This document shows, one piece after another, positions 45,151 to 57,629 of a stretch of DNA of 64,000 nucleotides; positions within the stretch are counted from its first letter, which is position 1, and the number at the start of each line of letters is the position of its first letter. The notes below the pieces were generated by a model. That model was given only the letters and a program-made list of their open reading frames with translations. It made no database searches and was not told the DNA's origin. The stretch is from an uncultured bacterium. Lineage in GTDB: Bacteria > Verrucomicrobiota > Verrucomicrobiia > Limisphaerales > UBA8199. The stretch covers positions 608,001 through 672,000 of the forward strand of contig CAVVMW010000010.1 of the NCBI GenBank assembly GCA_963749495.1, in the 5' to 3' direction. The position numbers were made by a program, and so were the translations under genes.

Positions 45151-46859
45151 GACCTGGCCAGCGGCTGCGCGCAACACACCCGGGGTAATAGAATTCTCTG
45201 CAGGCCTTAGCATTGAGCTACGGCAGGCGAATATGAACTATCTCGACGGCTTTAGTGTGCATCACGGGGCTGATACAGAGGAACGTGGCTGGAAGGATCC
45301 CGATGAGCCACGCTGTGGGGGTTCCCTGAGAACACGCCGTCGTGCCCGAATGCGTTGACATGAACAAGATCGACCCAATTCTCGAGTTGTCGGACGAAGA
45401 ACTGGCGGCCCTGATGGCCATGCTGGAGGAGGCCGAAAAGCCCCGTTGCGCCAAGTGTGGCGAGCCCGTGGGCGAAACCGGTCAGCCGTCTCCCGGGTGC
45501 AGTTCGCTCTCCGAGTGGCTGGAGCAACAACAAGCGACGAGCTGTGCGGACCAGCGCAAACCGCCCAGGTGCGAGGGCTAGTCGCGGTCTGACCGGGCTG
45601 CACCGGGCCGCCGTCGCTGGTCTCGCCCTGGTCCATAACCGTAGCGCCGATGTCCACGGCCTGGTCCACGCTGTGGTGCGCCGGGCAGAGGTTGAGCCCG
45701 GTGAGGCGGAGGTCGACATCGTCGGTCTCAAGGGATTGGTCGTCGCGGGCTACATTCACCAGGCCGCTCAATGAGATTTACGTCACGGACGACCGCCTGC
45801 TGATTGTGGTGGAAGACGCCATCGTCTGGGGCATGTGCTTTCAGGAGCGCCCAGGTGCCCTCGAACGGCTGGCGGCGCTCACCGGCCAGAGGCCATCCTC
45901 TGCCGAGTCTGAGGTCGAGGCGGAGGCCGAGGAACCGCAGCCGTCCGGGGCTGTCACGGTACCAGGACCGGGCTCTACCAGGACCGGGCTCAGCGTCTGG
46001 TCGTCCTCCTGGTACGCCAGGCAGCGGTTGAGACCGGTTACATGGAGGCATTGGCGTTGGCGACCTGGACGATGTGGCGGATGCGGGCTGGAGGCCAGGT
46101 GGCCCGTGCTCAGGCCGTCGGTCGCCACCAACTGACCTGGTCGCGCTCCTGGCCGGGCTTGTGCTCCAGTTGGCGGCGCACGCGCTGGCGCTCCTCGGCG
46201 CGACCAACTTCTTGCCCGGTTTGCTCACCGGGGTCTCACTCTGCTTTTGGGCTTTGGTCCTTCCGACTCAGCCGCCGAGAAATTTGCGGAAAGACTCGGG
46301 CAGAACGTTCAGAAGCAACCGCTTGACCTTCTCGCTGCACATACACCAAACGCACTGGCCCACCATCCAGGCCACATGGAACCCAAAGCAAAATGCCAGC
46401 CATCTGCGGGCACACTTCGACTGGTAGCGGCGTTTGTCTTCGAGATACTGTTTCTTTTCGTCGTTATATGCCGGGTCGAAGGAGTCCATGCGGACTTTGA
46501 CCGGCAGGATGCGCGAAAGGAGACCCACGAGGCGGAAGAGGCGTTGGGTTGCCCGCCTGGCCGGAGGCTCTTCGGACGGCTCCTCGCCCGCAAGCCCTAG
46601 GATTGCCCATCGACGCCAGATGAAAGTAGTGAGGATACATGCCGTAGCCCCAGAGAAAACCATGGCCGAACGGTGAGGAGAAGCGCCTTCAATAACTGCT
46701 GAGGCTAAGAAGCCGACGTTCATAGCCATGATTCCGACTGACAGCAGCGCAATCTTCCGCAGCCTCTTGATACCGGGCCGGCTCCCGTCGGCCTACACGG
46801 TCCTGGCGCCGGTGAAGCAACGCCTGCTTGCCCTCAAGCCGGGGCATTTCCGGGTGCCC

Positions 46860-47595
46860 CCTGGCCTGCAACGGCTTCGCCGCAAGCGGAAAGGACCCGA
46901 CGACGGGAGGCGATTACCATTTCCTGGGGCGGGACTTCATGTTCGCGACCGCGCATGTGTTCCAGGACGTGGCCGCGATGATCATCCGGAACCCGGCTGA
47001 TGGGATTGCCACGGTGAGCGTGGCCGCCCCAGGAATGGTGGGCACGATTGCCGGCGTGAATGTCCGTGGCGTGGGGATCGGCGTTGACATGTGCCCGGCG
47101 GCCAACTGCGACCCGGACCGCCCGGGTTTGAATTCGCTCCTGCTGACACGCCACAGCATCGAGCGGGGTGGGACATGCAAGGAGGCCGTGAATGCGATCA
47201 AGGAAGCCCGGCGCGGGGTGTCATGGCTCTACATCGTGGCCGACGGCGCAACCGACGAAGCTTGCGTCGTGGAAGCCGGCGCCACGACGACGGCAATGGA
47301 TGTCCTTCGGTATGTTGATGACTGGGTGGTCAACACGCTCAAGGCGGCCAATCCCGACTTCGAGAACCTGCTGAAGACGCCCTCGGCGCCATTCCTGGAC
47401 GGGCTCATGGCCCGCGGGAAGGACTACGTCTGCCCGCAGGCCTTCCAGGCGCTCAACCCCGCCTTGATAGGGGCCTTCGGAAAACGCTCGCTCTCGTACG
47501 CGTATCATTACAATCCGCAGGATTTCTCCACGGACGGTTTTCTCGACCCGACTTGGAAGGGCAGGAACTGCCCAGGGAGCGGTCTGCTTGATTGA
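46860..47595 (+). pseudogene. C45/Ntn-hydrolase-family peptidase fragment
   Basis: ACNGFAA..FLGRDFMF, APGMVGTIAGVN. Confidence 0.6.
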
Positions 47596-47709
47596 CCTGA
47601 AGACGGCGACAATGGAGTCGCATTACGGCTACGAGCGCGACAACTGGGTGCGCCTTGGCTTGCGGAACTACGTGCAGGCGGTCCCGGGGTGAAGGTCACC
47701 TCGGCGAGC

Positions 47710-47880
47710 CGTATGTCCTGGCGGATGAGGTTGAAGAGGAGCGTGGACTGGCCGGTCCCTGAGGCGCCAATGATGTGCATGTGCCGCACGCGCTGCTCCG
47801 GCGTGAGCCTGACCTGGATGGACTGCCCGGTGTGAACGTTGTCACCAGGCAACACCCCGGAGGCGTGTCGGGCAGGGATC
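47710..47880 (-). pseudogene. VirD4/TraD-like ATPase fragment
   Basis: QRVRHMHIIGASGTGQSTLLFNLIRQDI. Confidence 0.55.
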
Positions 47881-48179
47881 AACGAGGCCGGTCAACGTGG
47901 ATTTGGGCTCTCTGTAAACGAGGCGCTATCGATTCGTCGTTACCCGTTTCCGTTTCCCTGGGGGTCCAGAGGCCCCTCCGAGGGGGAGGGCCAGGGTGAG
48001 GGGTCTGCCCGCCGTGTGGCCACCGCCGTCTCAGCTGGACTCTGTCCATTTCTCGGTGGCCACATACGCCAACGAATATAGGACACGGCGGAAAATAGAC
48101 TGCCGCCGTATAGCCCTGAAAGCTATCATCGGATTCGATGGTCTGGACCTTGCGGTGACCAGGCTCTGCCAGCATCGCG

Positions 48180-49211
48180 GATTAGCGGGCACGGGCATCG
48201 AGGGTCCTCACGAGGGCGAGCGTTTGGGCGTCCCAGACCTTCACGGTCAAGTCATCCCGCCCAAACCGTGGCCAGGCGCCGGCCGTCGGGCGAAAAGACC
48301 ACGCAGGAGATGGACCCACGGTGGGCCGGCGCCTGGTCGAAGCGCTCGCCGGCTGCCGTGCTCCAAACCAGGAGCGTCCCACCAGAATCAACCGCGGCCA
48401 GCGTTTGCCCATCCGGGGAGAACGCGACGCTATTGACCGGGGAGGCGGCGCCCTCCAACTCCCGGCTCATGCGGATGGAGCGGCTGTCCCAAAGCCTCAC
48501 GGTTTGCTGGCACCCGGTCGCGAAAGACAGTCCGTCTGGCGCGAAGGCGAGCCCGTTCGCCTCCGGGCTTTCCATCGGCGGTCCTGCGTAGGCCAGGACC
48601 ACCGCGGGTTCGGCGCTCCTGAGCAGGTCGTACACATAAGCATTCCCTCTTTGGGTGGTTGCGGCCAGCAGGCGGCAGTCGGGCGAGACGGCCACATTGA
48701 GCACCTTTTCGCCCGGCAGCACCAGCATGTCCAGTTCCTTGCCCGCCGTGTCACCCAAGCTCACGGTGCCGTCCATGCTGCCGCTGGCGATGAACGTGTT
48801 GTCCGCAGCAATGGCCACCGCGCTCACCAGGGTTGAGTGCGGCGGCAGCACGGCCAGAAGCTTGCCCGAGACCGGATTGAGCAACTTCGTGGCGCCGCTG
48901 AAATCGCCAAGGGCGACGAACTTGCCGTCGGAGGACGGGACCGCCGCGCGGATTCCGCAGGGCTGCCATATCAGGCGACGCCTCTTGCCCTTGGCCAGAT
49001 CCCAAGCGGCAACCTCCCCCTGCCGAGGCGGGTCCGCCAGCCTATCCTGCCCGCTGGTGGTCAAGAGTGTCTTGCCATCGGGCAGAAAAGCGGCGGACCA
49101 GAAACTCAGCACCACCCGAGGGGGATGCCTCCAGTGGATCAGCGCGAGCCCGAGGCATGCAACTGGCAGCAGACACGCCGCGATGGTGAGGAGGATTCTC
49201 TTCTTCTTCAC
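48180..49211 (-). CDS. WD40-repeat protein with N-terminal anchor, 3' end frameshifted or truncated
   Basis: Repeated VAFSPDG..LA..DGT...W units. Confidence 0.8.
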
Positions 49212-49230
49212 GGCTCGTCCATCGGCGCTC

Positions 49231-50186
49231 TCAGGGTGGGGGTACGTCTCCGCTGATATTTGCCGAGGTCCGAGCGCGCATCCAAACCCAGTCGAGATGA
49301 TCCTGCGGGTCCCTTATGCGATACCGGTCACCGTGCTTCTCAGTCGAGCTCAACCACTTGTGGCTTTCGGAATGCCCGTCCGCGAAGGCAAAGCCGCAGC
49401 CTCCGTTGTGATAGGTGCCGGGCGCGTCAATCCATATGGGCTGTTCCATCCCGAAGGCGAAGGCGGCGTCATTCAAGCCGTGGATGCCCTCATCCACCAG
49501 CACCCAGAGCATCGCCGGTCCCGGGGCCGGATGCTCGAGAGCTTCCCGTAGGTCAACCAGGGCGAATCGGCCAGATGGTTGAACCGGTTGTTCAACCAGG
49601 GCCCGTTCACCGGCCGGAACGGCACGCCCGAGTGCGGGGGGAACGGGGTGCTGATCCCCTTTGTGCCGACGGCAAACCCGGGGCAGATCGAGCCAACCGC
49701 CTGGCTCATGGAGAAGGTCCTGGCGGCGGGGACGGTCCTGCCCAAAAGGTTCGGGTCGGAGCCTTGATACGGACCCTGCCGCTTGTCGCCAGGACAGTGA
49801 AACAGGGAGACGTTCCCCGCCAGGTACGGGATGAGCAGGTTCCGCTTCGGGTCCTTCAGCAGGTCGGGATTAAACTCCGCCGGGCCATTCACGCCGGCGA
49901 CCCCAGAACACCAGTTATGGCCTGGGATTACGTTGCCATCGTCGGGGTTGGGTGGAAACAGGTCGTGGTAATCCCCCGTGTAGAGCGTCATGGCCGCCAT
50001 CATCTGTCTGCCGTTGTTGAGGCAATAGACTCCCTGGGCCTTTTGCTTGGTCTTTGAAAGGGCCGGCAACAACAGGCCCGCGAGGATGCCGATCACGGCA
50101 ATCACCACGAGCAACTCGATCAGCGTAAAGGCCCCCGTCTTCCGAGCGGCGGTCCCGGCGTGAAAAGTCGTTCCCTGCGTTTCCAT
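49231..50186 (-). CDS. Prepilin-type cleavage/methylation protein with H-X9-DG motif, frameshift near 49525
   Basis: [41 protein letters not shown]. Confidence 0.8.
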
Positions 50187-50724
50187 AAAAGCGCTCCAAC
50201 GATCGACAGCCAGTCATCGCCCCGAATTCCAAGGCTGTCCGTCATCGTCTGTTCAGTAGTTCAGACCCACGCTGAGCCAAAAGCGCACGAAAAAAAATCC
50301 AAGAATCCGCGGCACGGCGATTTAACGGTTGGCCGGACAAGGTGCGGCTTCGACGGCTATTGCGCGGCTTCCGGGCTTGTGCCGGAACTCGCAGGGTCGA
50401 GCGGATCCGCGAACGAGGACCTCAGGGAGGACGGGGAAAAAAAGGGGTCACCCCGCATTTTCCAATGTGGGCCAGACCACGCTCATCGCATACCCGGCCG
50501 GGAAAACCGGAGGCTACACCATCCCCAACAGTGTCACCAACATCGGCGACCGCGCATTCTCTGCCTGCGCCAACCTGACTCGATCTGCTCGCCTCGTATT
50601 ATGGGGATCGTGCCAAGACAATTCAAAGGACCTTGGACGCTGTGCGAGCGGGTCGGCCGCCGGGCGCGCCTCGGCGGCCTTGACCGATTGGTTTGGCCGC
50701 GGTAGGTTAACGTTTGTATTTATC

Positions 50725-51478
50725 GTGAAAAGGGCGACTGGTTTCGAAGCAGGCAGCGGGTCCCCGAGGGCATTGGCTCGCCGGGCGTTCGCGTTTACGC
50801 TTGTCGAACTGCTCGTCGTCATCGCCGTCATCGCCATCTTGGCCGCAATGCTGCTTCCGGCGTTGTCCAGGGCCAAGGCCCAAGCCAATTCGATCAAATG
50901 CAAAAGCCTGCTGGATTTCGTGACGGACATTAGAATGCATTTGGGATTTGCTGTAGGCACCTGGACGGCGGAAATGACAATTGCTAATCTGTAAGTAATT
51001 GCTGGTAACTGCGCAATGGCCGGACCTTGAACAGTTACTGGCTCAACCTGAAGAACTGCTGTTTGCTAGAGATGGCATTAGTCACGACGTTTTGCCCACC
51101 AACAACGGCCGGACCCGGAGAGACGGCAGCTACAATGGTGGCGCCAAGAAGCCCTGGCCCGGAGAACCGGCGCCGCGGTGGGATTCGCCACAAAAGACGA
51201 CCGACAGCCCAATGCTGGTGCTGGCCTGTGATTTGAATGCCTGGGCCGACCCTGCGACCGGTTACGGCTGGGTCATTGCGCCGCACGGGCCGGGCGGGGC
51301 GGCCAAGGAAGCCGGCGACCCGTTTATCGGGGGCGTGACCAAGCTCACCACCTCGCGCCAAGTCGGCGGCGCGGGCGGCAATGTTCTGCTCCTTTCGGGC
51401 TCAGTCAACTGGAAGAACCTCCGGAACATGACGAACTACTGGGCCTACCAAGGCGGCGGCTACTGGAACATGTGGTAG
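50725..51478 (+). pseudogene. Prepilin-type protein, N- and C-terminal pieces with disrupted middle
   Basis: [25 protein letters not shown]; later APHG..GGNVLLLSGSVNWK. Confidence 0.6.
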
Positions 51479-51567
51479 GCCCGCGAGGTCAAAGGTCGTT
51501 GCCGTTGGTGGCAACGTGGAGCTCCACGGGTGCGGCCTCAGCCAGGCAACCCGTAAGGTCAAACAAT

Positions 51568-51980
51568 TCATGCAGCCTCACGGTAGTAGAACCTGAGTAC
51601 CCCTCCCAGCCGCTCTCTCCTCCGAATCGGTCCTTCCTTCCCCCCAATCTGGTCAGCCGGCACCGGAAACAGAATCACATTGCCCCTGCCTTGGTGGTTT
51701 CTCTCGCTGTGAAAATGGGCAACGTACTGTTCCAGGCAGTGCCGTAACGACCTCTCCCCGAACAGAATCAGCCTGGACAGGAGTTCATCTTTCGCTGACC
51801 TGATCCAGCGTTCGCAGTAAGCATTGAGATCGGGACTTCGCACCGGCAGCACGACCGGCTCCACGCCTCCAGCCCGGAGGATCGCATCAAACCCGGCACA
51901 GAACTTGGCGTCTCGGTCGTGCAGCAGGTAACGACACCCATTCAGGAAGCCCTCCTCAGCCAAGGTCACATTCCGGGCTC
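51568..51980 (-). mobile_element. Integrase-core (rve) transposase C-terminal fragment
   Basis: LLHDRDAKF, PVRSPDLNAYCERWIRSAK, HFHSERNHQG, RRERLGGVLRFYYREAA. Confidence 0.8.
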
Positions 51981-52083
51981 CATTTGCTTCATCCAGTTGA
52001 GGTCCGGCCAAGGCGTCACACCGGCAATATAGACCTTTCGGGGCGCAACACGCAGGAAACCGAGTCGTGGTGCTATAACTCAC

Positions 52084-55000
52084 TTAAGGCACGGAACGCA
52101 TCCGGTAATAACCTTCCGGCCCCATGGGGCTGAAAGTGAAGGTGATCACGCCTGTGGCGCTAGCCCGGTTGGTGACCACCGCCGTCCAGCTTACCGGTGG
52201 AGTCAGACTGATTGTCTTGTCAATCGCGTACTGCGCATTCGGAACGCCCTGGTATGTGCTTTGGTAAGCACCGTTCGTCATCACCGGACGGGTGAACTGG
52301 TTATAACCAGGCGGCGGCAGAATCACCACTTGCCTCAGGCTCGACGGGGAACTGGCCTTGAAGCTGCCGCTGCCTGGATACTGAACGGACACCGTATTGG
52401 TCCCCTCCGGCAAGCTGAGGGAAACCGCCGCCACCCCCGAATCCAACGCCACTGGCGCGCCGCTCGGCACACCGTTGAGCAGGAACTGCACTGCGCCGCT
52501 GGGGAGGTAACCTGGCGCGCTGACCGTTGCCGTGAAGGTGACTGGCGCGCCATAGTAGGACGGGTTGATCGCCGAAACCAGCCCCAACTGGGTCGGAATC
52601 GGCGCCGGGCTGGCCGCGCTCGTCACCTGCAATACGCCTGTCCCAGTCAACCGGCTGTCGGTGCTGGCTGCGCCGGAACTCGGCGAACCCCACTTGCCCA
52701 CTGCGGCATAAGTGGCGCCGCCGTCGAATGACAGGGAATGAATTGTATTGGTCCCTTTAAAGTTCAGATTGACTACGGGTAATCCACTCAATAAGAGGTC
52801 CGCCGTTGAACCGATGTACGAACCCGCGACCCCAAGCTCGAGGATAAGCGTCGCCCCATCGGCAACCGCGACGTTGCCGCTTCCCAGCCCGCCGTCGCTC
52901 TGGACGTCAAGGGTCCCGGCCAGAACCAGCGTGCCGCCGCCGTAGGAGTTCGAGGCCGTGAGCGTCACCGTGCCCGTTCCCAACTTGGTCAACCTCGCAC
53001 CGGCGCCACCGTCGCTGATGGCGCCGCTGAATGTCACGTTCGCCTGATTCTGGGCCAGCAATTGGACGTTCGTGGCCAGCGCGACCGGTCCGGAAAAGAC
53101 GGGACTGCCTCCATCGTTGGCGCCGATGGTTGTCCCCGCGCCATAGGCGTTGACGTCAATTTGGTGCGTCACCAAACGCCTTGCCCCTTCCGTCAACAAG
53201 GCCAGCGCATCCGAGGGCTGCGAGAGGCTGTCGCCCATTTGCACGGGGAGGTCGTTGTATCCCAGGCTGCCGCCTCCTCCGCTCGGGTCGGCCGTGCCGT
53301 CTGCGTCTGCCGCCACGAGCAGTGTTCCTGCGCGCACCGTAGTCCCGCCGGCATAGGCTTTGTCGCCGCCGTTGGCCCCGCCGCTGAGCATGCGTACGGT
53401 ACCGGCTCCAATCTTAACCATCGAATTATTCGCATTGCCGATTAGGTTGTTGTTCATGTTGACGGTGCCGCCGGCCGCAGCCGTGAAATAGACCGGCGCG
53501 GTGCTCCCGCTATTCTGCGCGTCCATCCAGTTGCTGAAATAGGCCGTCCCGTTGGTATTGACCCCGCCGATGATGTCAACGCCCATTTCGCCGAACCATA
53601 CCCGGCCTTGCTCGTAGTCGCCGTCCTGCGCTAACAGCAATGCGCATTTGCCTCCATCCGTGCTGTAATAGCCCAGGTTGATGTTTTGCCCTCCGGTCAG
53701 CGTACGAGTAATTAAGCTGCCGTCGTCAATGTAGGGGCTGAACCCGGGCCCGGTGGGCGGCTGCGTCAGTGTAGTGTCCCCGTTGGTGAAGTAACACACC
53801 GCCGAGGCCCCGGAAGCAACTTGGACCTGGCCGGTGAGCATACCCGAGCCGCCACCCTCGTCAAACACCACCGTGACATTATTGCTCAGGAACAGATCGC
53901 CCGGCAAACTGGCCGCGCTCCCCACCAAAGCGCCTTCACCCACGAAGGTGCCGCCGGAGTAGGTATTGGTCGCCGTCAGGTTCAGTTGGCCGGCTCCCAG
54001 CTTCGTCAGGCCCCCGCTCCCCGCTATGGCCGTGCCGATGGTCACGGCCTCGCCGGCAGCGAGTTGGTTGACGGTAACGCTCGGCGCCTCGCCGGCATAG
54101 GCGAGCGTCAGGACGTTGGCCGGGTTGCCGTTGTTGTCCAGTATCCAGCCCCCCGGCGTTGAAGTGTCGGTATCGCCAAACGTCAGGCCCACAACGGTTT
54201 CCGGCGAGTTGAGGGAGACAGTAACCTGGCTGGTGAGGTCCACCGAATTAAAGTCCACCTGGTACGCATCGCTGGTGGGCGCCACATGGTTCTGCCAGTT
54301 AGAGGCATTCGTCCACAGGCCGCTCACCGGATTGGCCCACACCGCAGTCAGCGGCGTCACGTTGACCGTCCGCGTTGCCGTGCCGGTGTTGCCGCTCGGA
54401 TCCGTGGCGCTGTACGTCACCGTGTAAGCGCCCGCAGCGTCGGTATTGAGGGTGGTCTTCGTCACGGCCGGCACGGCTCCGGCGCACTGGTCCAGGGCGG
54501 TGGCCCCAGGGTCCACAAACGTCGATAGGGCCGGTATCGTCAGAGGGTTCGCTCCCAAAACCGTCACCACCGGCGCCAGAGTGTCCACCACGGTAACCGT
54601 CGCGCTGCTGGTGGCCTGCCCGAGGGTGTTGGTCACCAGCACGGAAACCGTATAAACCTCGCCCGCGCCGTGAATGTTGGTGATCGTGAAAGTCGGCGTG
54701 GTCGCCCCGCTGGTCGGGATGCCGTTCACACTCCATTGATAGTGCAGTGTGCCGCTGCCCTTGGCGAACACGGTGTAGGAAACGTTCTGCCCGCATTGCG
54801 CCTCCACGCTGGCCAGGGGCGGACTGATCGTCGGCGTCGTGCTGGCAACCACGACCGAAACGACACCGGAACTCAGTTTGCTGAAATCCCAGGCCAGACC
54901 GGTTTCCGGCGACTGCGGCGAAATGCCAGAAAAACCCTGTGACGTGCCGCCACCCGGCGTCGGGAACAGCGTGAAGGAATCGCCCACCTGCAAGGCATTG

Positions 55001-56748
55001 CCCTCGTTCGACAGCGTCAGCGTCCCTCCGTAAACCACGGCTCCGCTGCAGAACACCTGATCGCTGTTGGGCGAGGCGGCCCGGTTCAACCGAAAGACGG
55101 TATTGCCCGCCAAAGTCAGGTTGCCCAAATTGGCCAGCGCGCCAAGGGCAGAGCTGCCGCCCCATCCGACCGCCAGGGTCGCCCCGTTGCCGACCGTCAG
55201 CGACCCGTTGACCATGCCCACACCCGTTAACGTCTGCCCACTGGCTAGTGTAAAGCCGGGTGTGCTTGAAACGTCCAGCACGGCATTCGAGGCGATCAGG
55301 ACCTGGACGCTGTTCGAGATGCAGGAAGTGGCCGGGGCGGTTGAGCTGAGCTGCAGCGTGCCGCTATTGACGATGGTGCTCGCCGCATAGGTGTTGATGC
55401 CGGTGAAATTCACCCTGCCGGGCCCCTGGATGTTGACCGAGTTGGCTCCGCTGCCGTCGGCAATACCGCCGCTAATGGTCACCACGCCAATCCCGTTTGT
55501 GTCCGGCGCGCTGATGGTGAGATTCGTGAACAACTGGATGCTCCCGCTGAACTGACAACTGGACACTTGGTCACTGGCGCCAATGGTGATGCTGGCGCCG
55601 TACGGGTTGACGCTCAAGGGATGGACGACCAGCCGATTGCTCCCATACGTCAGCAGCGCAATCGTGTCGGTCGGCAGGCTCAGACTGTCCCCCAGTTGTA
55701 CCGTGTTGTTGTTGTAACCGAGCGAACCGCCGTAGCCGTTGCCACCCGTGCCCAGCGCGTCAACGTTCAATTGGAGGGTTCCAGCCCGGATTGTGGTCGT
55801 GCCCGAATACGCCAATCCATCGTTGGGGTTGGAGTTCGCACCCCCCGAGGTGATAATCACCGTGCCGCCCCCGATTTTCGTGACGGACAACGCGGCGCCG
55901 CCGATGAGGTTGAGCACACTGACAGCGCCCCCGGACGCCGCCGTATAATAGATGCTCTTGGTATCGCTGGAGCTCTGCGCGTTAAACCAGTCCTGAAATG
56001 CCACCGTGCCGCTGGTATTCGCTCCCCCCACGATGTTGGTGGTGCCATCAATGCTGCCGAAGAAGCAACGGCGGTTTTGGGTGTCGCCATCCTCGGTCAG
56101 GACCCGTTGGGCCGTATTCCCGGAAGCCCCGTTGTAGCCGATGTAAACGCTGCCCGAACCGCCTCCGCTGTACGTGACACTGCGGGTTTGCAGCGTGCCG
56201 TCAACAATATACAGGACATCATTGGCATTGCTGCAAGCCAGGGGCTGCGCAAGTATGAGTCGGCCCGGATAATCCTTGGTGAAATTGACGCCTGTCCCCA
56301 ACGCCAGCGTGCCATTGAGCGTCATGTCACCAACCGAATTCCAGGTCATGGTATTGTTGTCCAGGACGTTCACATTGTTGGCGATCGTGACCGAGTTGCT
56401 GCTGAAGTTGTCGCACTCGGGTCCCGTAAAAGACGAACTCGCAGAAAAAGAGAGAGCGCTGCCGCTCACCTGGACCGCCCCGCTGGTGTCCGAGAACGTC
56501 AATTGGGACAGCGTTAGCGACGGGGTGATGTCATTGGTGACCGAATAGGTGGCGCTCAGATCAAACATCAGCACTGTGTCGGCTGAGCTGGCTGGGGCGC
56601 TTTTGACATCCCAGTTCGCGCCGACGCTGAAGCTGCCGCCAGCCGGGTTGATCCAGGTCCAGGTTTGAGCTTGCGTCTGTGTGCCGCTTGCCAGCGCTGC
56701 ACCCAGCAGCACCTTGGCGAGCATTAAGTACGGATTCTGGTTTTTCAT
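52084..56748 (-). CDS. 1554-aa secreted protein with autotransporter-associated beta-strand repeats and Ig-like domains
   Basis: Signal peptide; LTKLGAGQLNLTATNTYSGGT-type repeats; DTLAPVVTVLGANP..DPGATALD; NPSYYGAPVTFTATV; intact ORF. Confidence 0.88.
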   Translation of the reverse strand: MKNQNPYLMLAKVLLGAALASGTQTQAQTWTWINPAGGSFSVGANWDVKSAPASSADTVLMFDLSATYSVTNDITPSLTLSQLTFSDTSGAVQVSGSALSFSASSSFTGPECDNFSSNSVTIANNVNVLDNNTMTWNSVGDMTLNGTLALGTGVNFTKDYPGRLILAQPLACSNANDVLYIVDGTLQTRSVTYSGGGSGSVYIGYNGASGNTAQRVLTEDGDTQNRRCFFGSIDGTTNIVGGANTSGTVAFQDWFNAQSSSDTKSIYYTAASGGAVSVLNLIGGAALSVTKIGGGTVIITSGGANSNPNDGLAYSGTTTIRAGTLQLNVDALGTGGNGYGGSLGYNNNTVQLGDSLSLPTDTIALLTYGSNRLVVHPLSVNPYGASITIGASDQVSSCQFSGSIQLFTNLTISAPDTNGIGVVTISGGIADGSGANSVNIQGPGRVNFTGINTYAASTIVNSGTLQLSSTAPATSCISNSVQVLIASNAVLDVSSTPGFTLASGQTLTGVGMVNGSLTVGNGATLAVGWGGSSALGALANLGNLTLAGNTVFRLNRAASPNSDQVFCSGAVVYGGTLTLSNEGNALQVGDSFTLFPTPGGGTSQGFSGISPQSPETGLAWDFSKLSSGVVSVVVASTTPTISPPLASVEAQCGQNVSYTVFAKGSGTLHYQWSVNGIPTSGATTPTFTITNIHGAGEVYTVSVLVTNTLGQATSSATVTVVDTLAPVVTVLGANPLTIPALSTFVDPGATALDQCAGAVPAVTKTTLNTDAAGAYTVTYSATDPSGNTGTATRTVNVTPLTAVWANPVSGLWTNASNWQNHVAPTSDAYQVDFNSVDLTSQVTVSLNSPETVVGLTFGDTDTSTPGGWILDNNGNPANVLTLAYAGEAPSVTVNQLAAGEAVTIGTAIAGSGGLTKLGAGQLNLTATNTYSGGTFVGEGALVGSAASLPGDLFLSNNVTVVFDEGGGSGMLTGQVQVASGASAVCYFTNGDTTLTQPPTGPGFSPYIDDGSLITRTLTGGQNINLGYYSTDGGKCALLLAQDGDYEQGRVWFGEMGVDIIGGVNTNGTAYFSNWMDAQNSGSTAPVYFTAAAGGTVNMNNNLIGNANNSMVKIGAGTVRMLSGGANGGDKAYAGGTTVRAGTLLVAADADGTADPSGGGGSLGYNDLPVQMGDSLSQPSDALALLTEGARRLVTHQIDVNAYGAGTTIGANDGGSPVFSGPVALATNVQLLAQNQANVTFSGAISDGGAGARLTKLGTGTVTLTASNSYGGGTLVLAGTLDVQSDGGLGSGNVAVADGATLILELGVAGSYIGSTADLLLSGLPVVNLNFKGTNTIHSLSFDGGATYAAVGKWGSPSSGAASTDSRLTGTGVLQVTSAASPAPIPTQLGLVSAINPSYYGAPVTFTATVSAPGYLPSGAVQFLLNGVPSGAPVALDSGVAAVSLSLPEGTNTVSVQYPGSGSFKASSPSSLRQVVILPPPGYNQFTRPVMTNGAYQSTYQGVPNAQYAIDKTISLTPPVSWTAVVTNRASATGVITFTFSPMGPEGYYRMRSVP

Positions 56749-57345
56749 AATTCGTGTCTCAACTGACTTCGTTTCGTTCTTGGTCGTTTACGGTTGGTTT
56801 GGTTCTCGGCCAGAAAGCGCGGCCAATCTTTCAAGCGAGCCCCACGGTGGAACTCCACATTCACCAATTGGGTCATCCAGCCGGCAAACTTAACTGAAAG
56901 ACGCGCACGGCTCAAGATCTGCGAGCCGCCGCTAATTCAACGCGTGGGGTCAAAAGATCCATCCAGGCGGCTGACGTCCCATTCCCTTTCGCTCTGGTTT
57001 CCACCAACGGCACCCATACGCTCACCTCATGCCTGGAAACAGATGCTGGCCTTGGTCACCGGCCGGATCGAGGCGGCCTTGCGCCAGAAGCTCGAATTCG
57101 TGCTCGAAGAAAACCGCGGCTATCGAGCCCTGCTGGATCGGCATTTTGCGCTGGCACCGCTTGGGTTTTCGCTACCCACAGGGGTGTTCCACCTCGTGCT
57201 GGAACCGGCTGCGCCGGACCATTGGCGCGCGGTGAACGTTTATCAAATCCAAATGGCAAAAACCGAATGAAGGCGCCGGATGGCATCGTTCTGCGGTTTT
57301 GGCTTCATGTCCGCAGACCGAACCGATAGCCTCGAGCCCATCAAC

Positions 57346-57629
57346 ATGAAACGGGCGTCAATTCTGATTCCGGTGGGCATCGCGGCGCTTCTGGCGTGGC
57401 CGCGGCTTTCGCCCGGTGCCAGCCCGGGCGTCTGGGCCGGCGCCCCAATGTCCTCTTCATCGTGGCGGACGACCTCAACACCCGCATCGGCTGCTACGAC
57501 GATCCCCTTGTCAGGACGCCCACGCTCGACCGCCTGGCTCGCCGGGGCGTGCGATTCGAGCGCGCCTATTGCCAATTTCCCCTCTGCAATCCCTCCCGGG
57601 TTTCGCTCAGGTGGCCAACGCTGGCATGA
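57346..57629 (+). pseudogene. Sulfatase N-terminal fragment
   Basis: [26 protein letters not shown] formylglycine motif. Confidence 0.75.
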
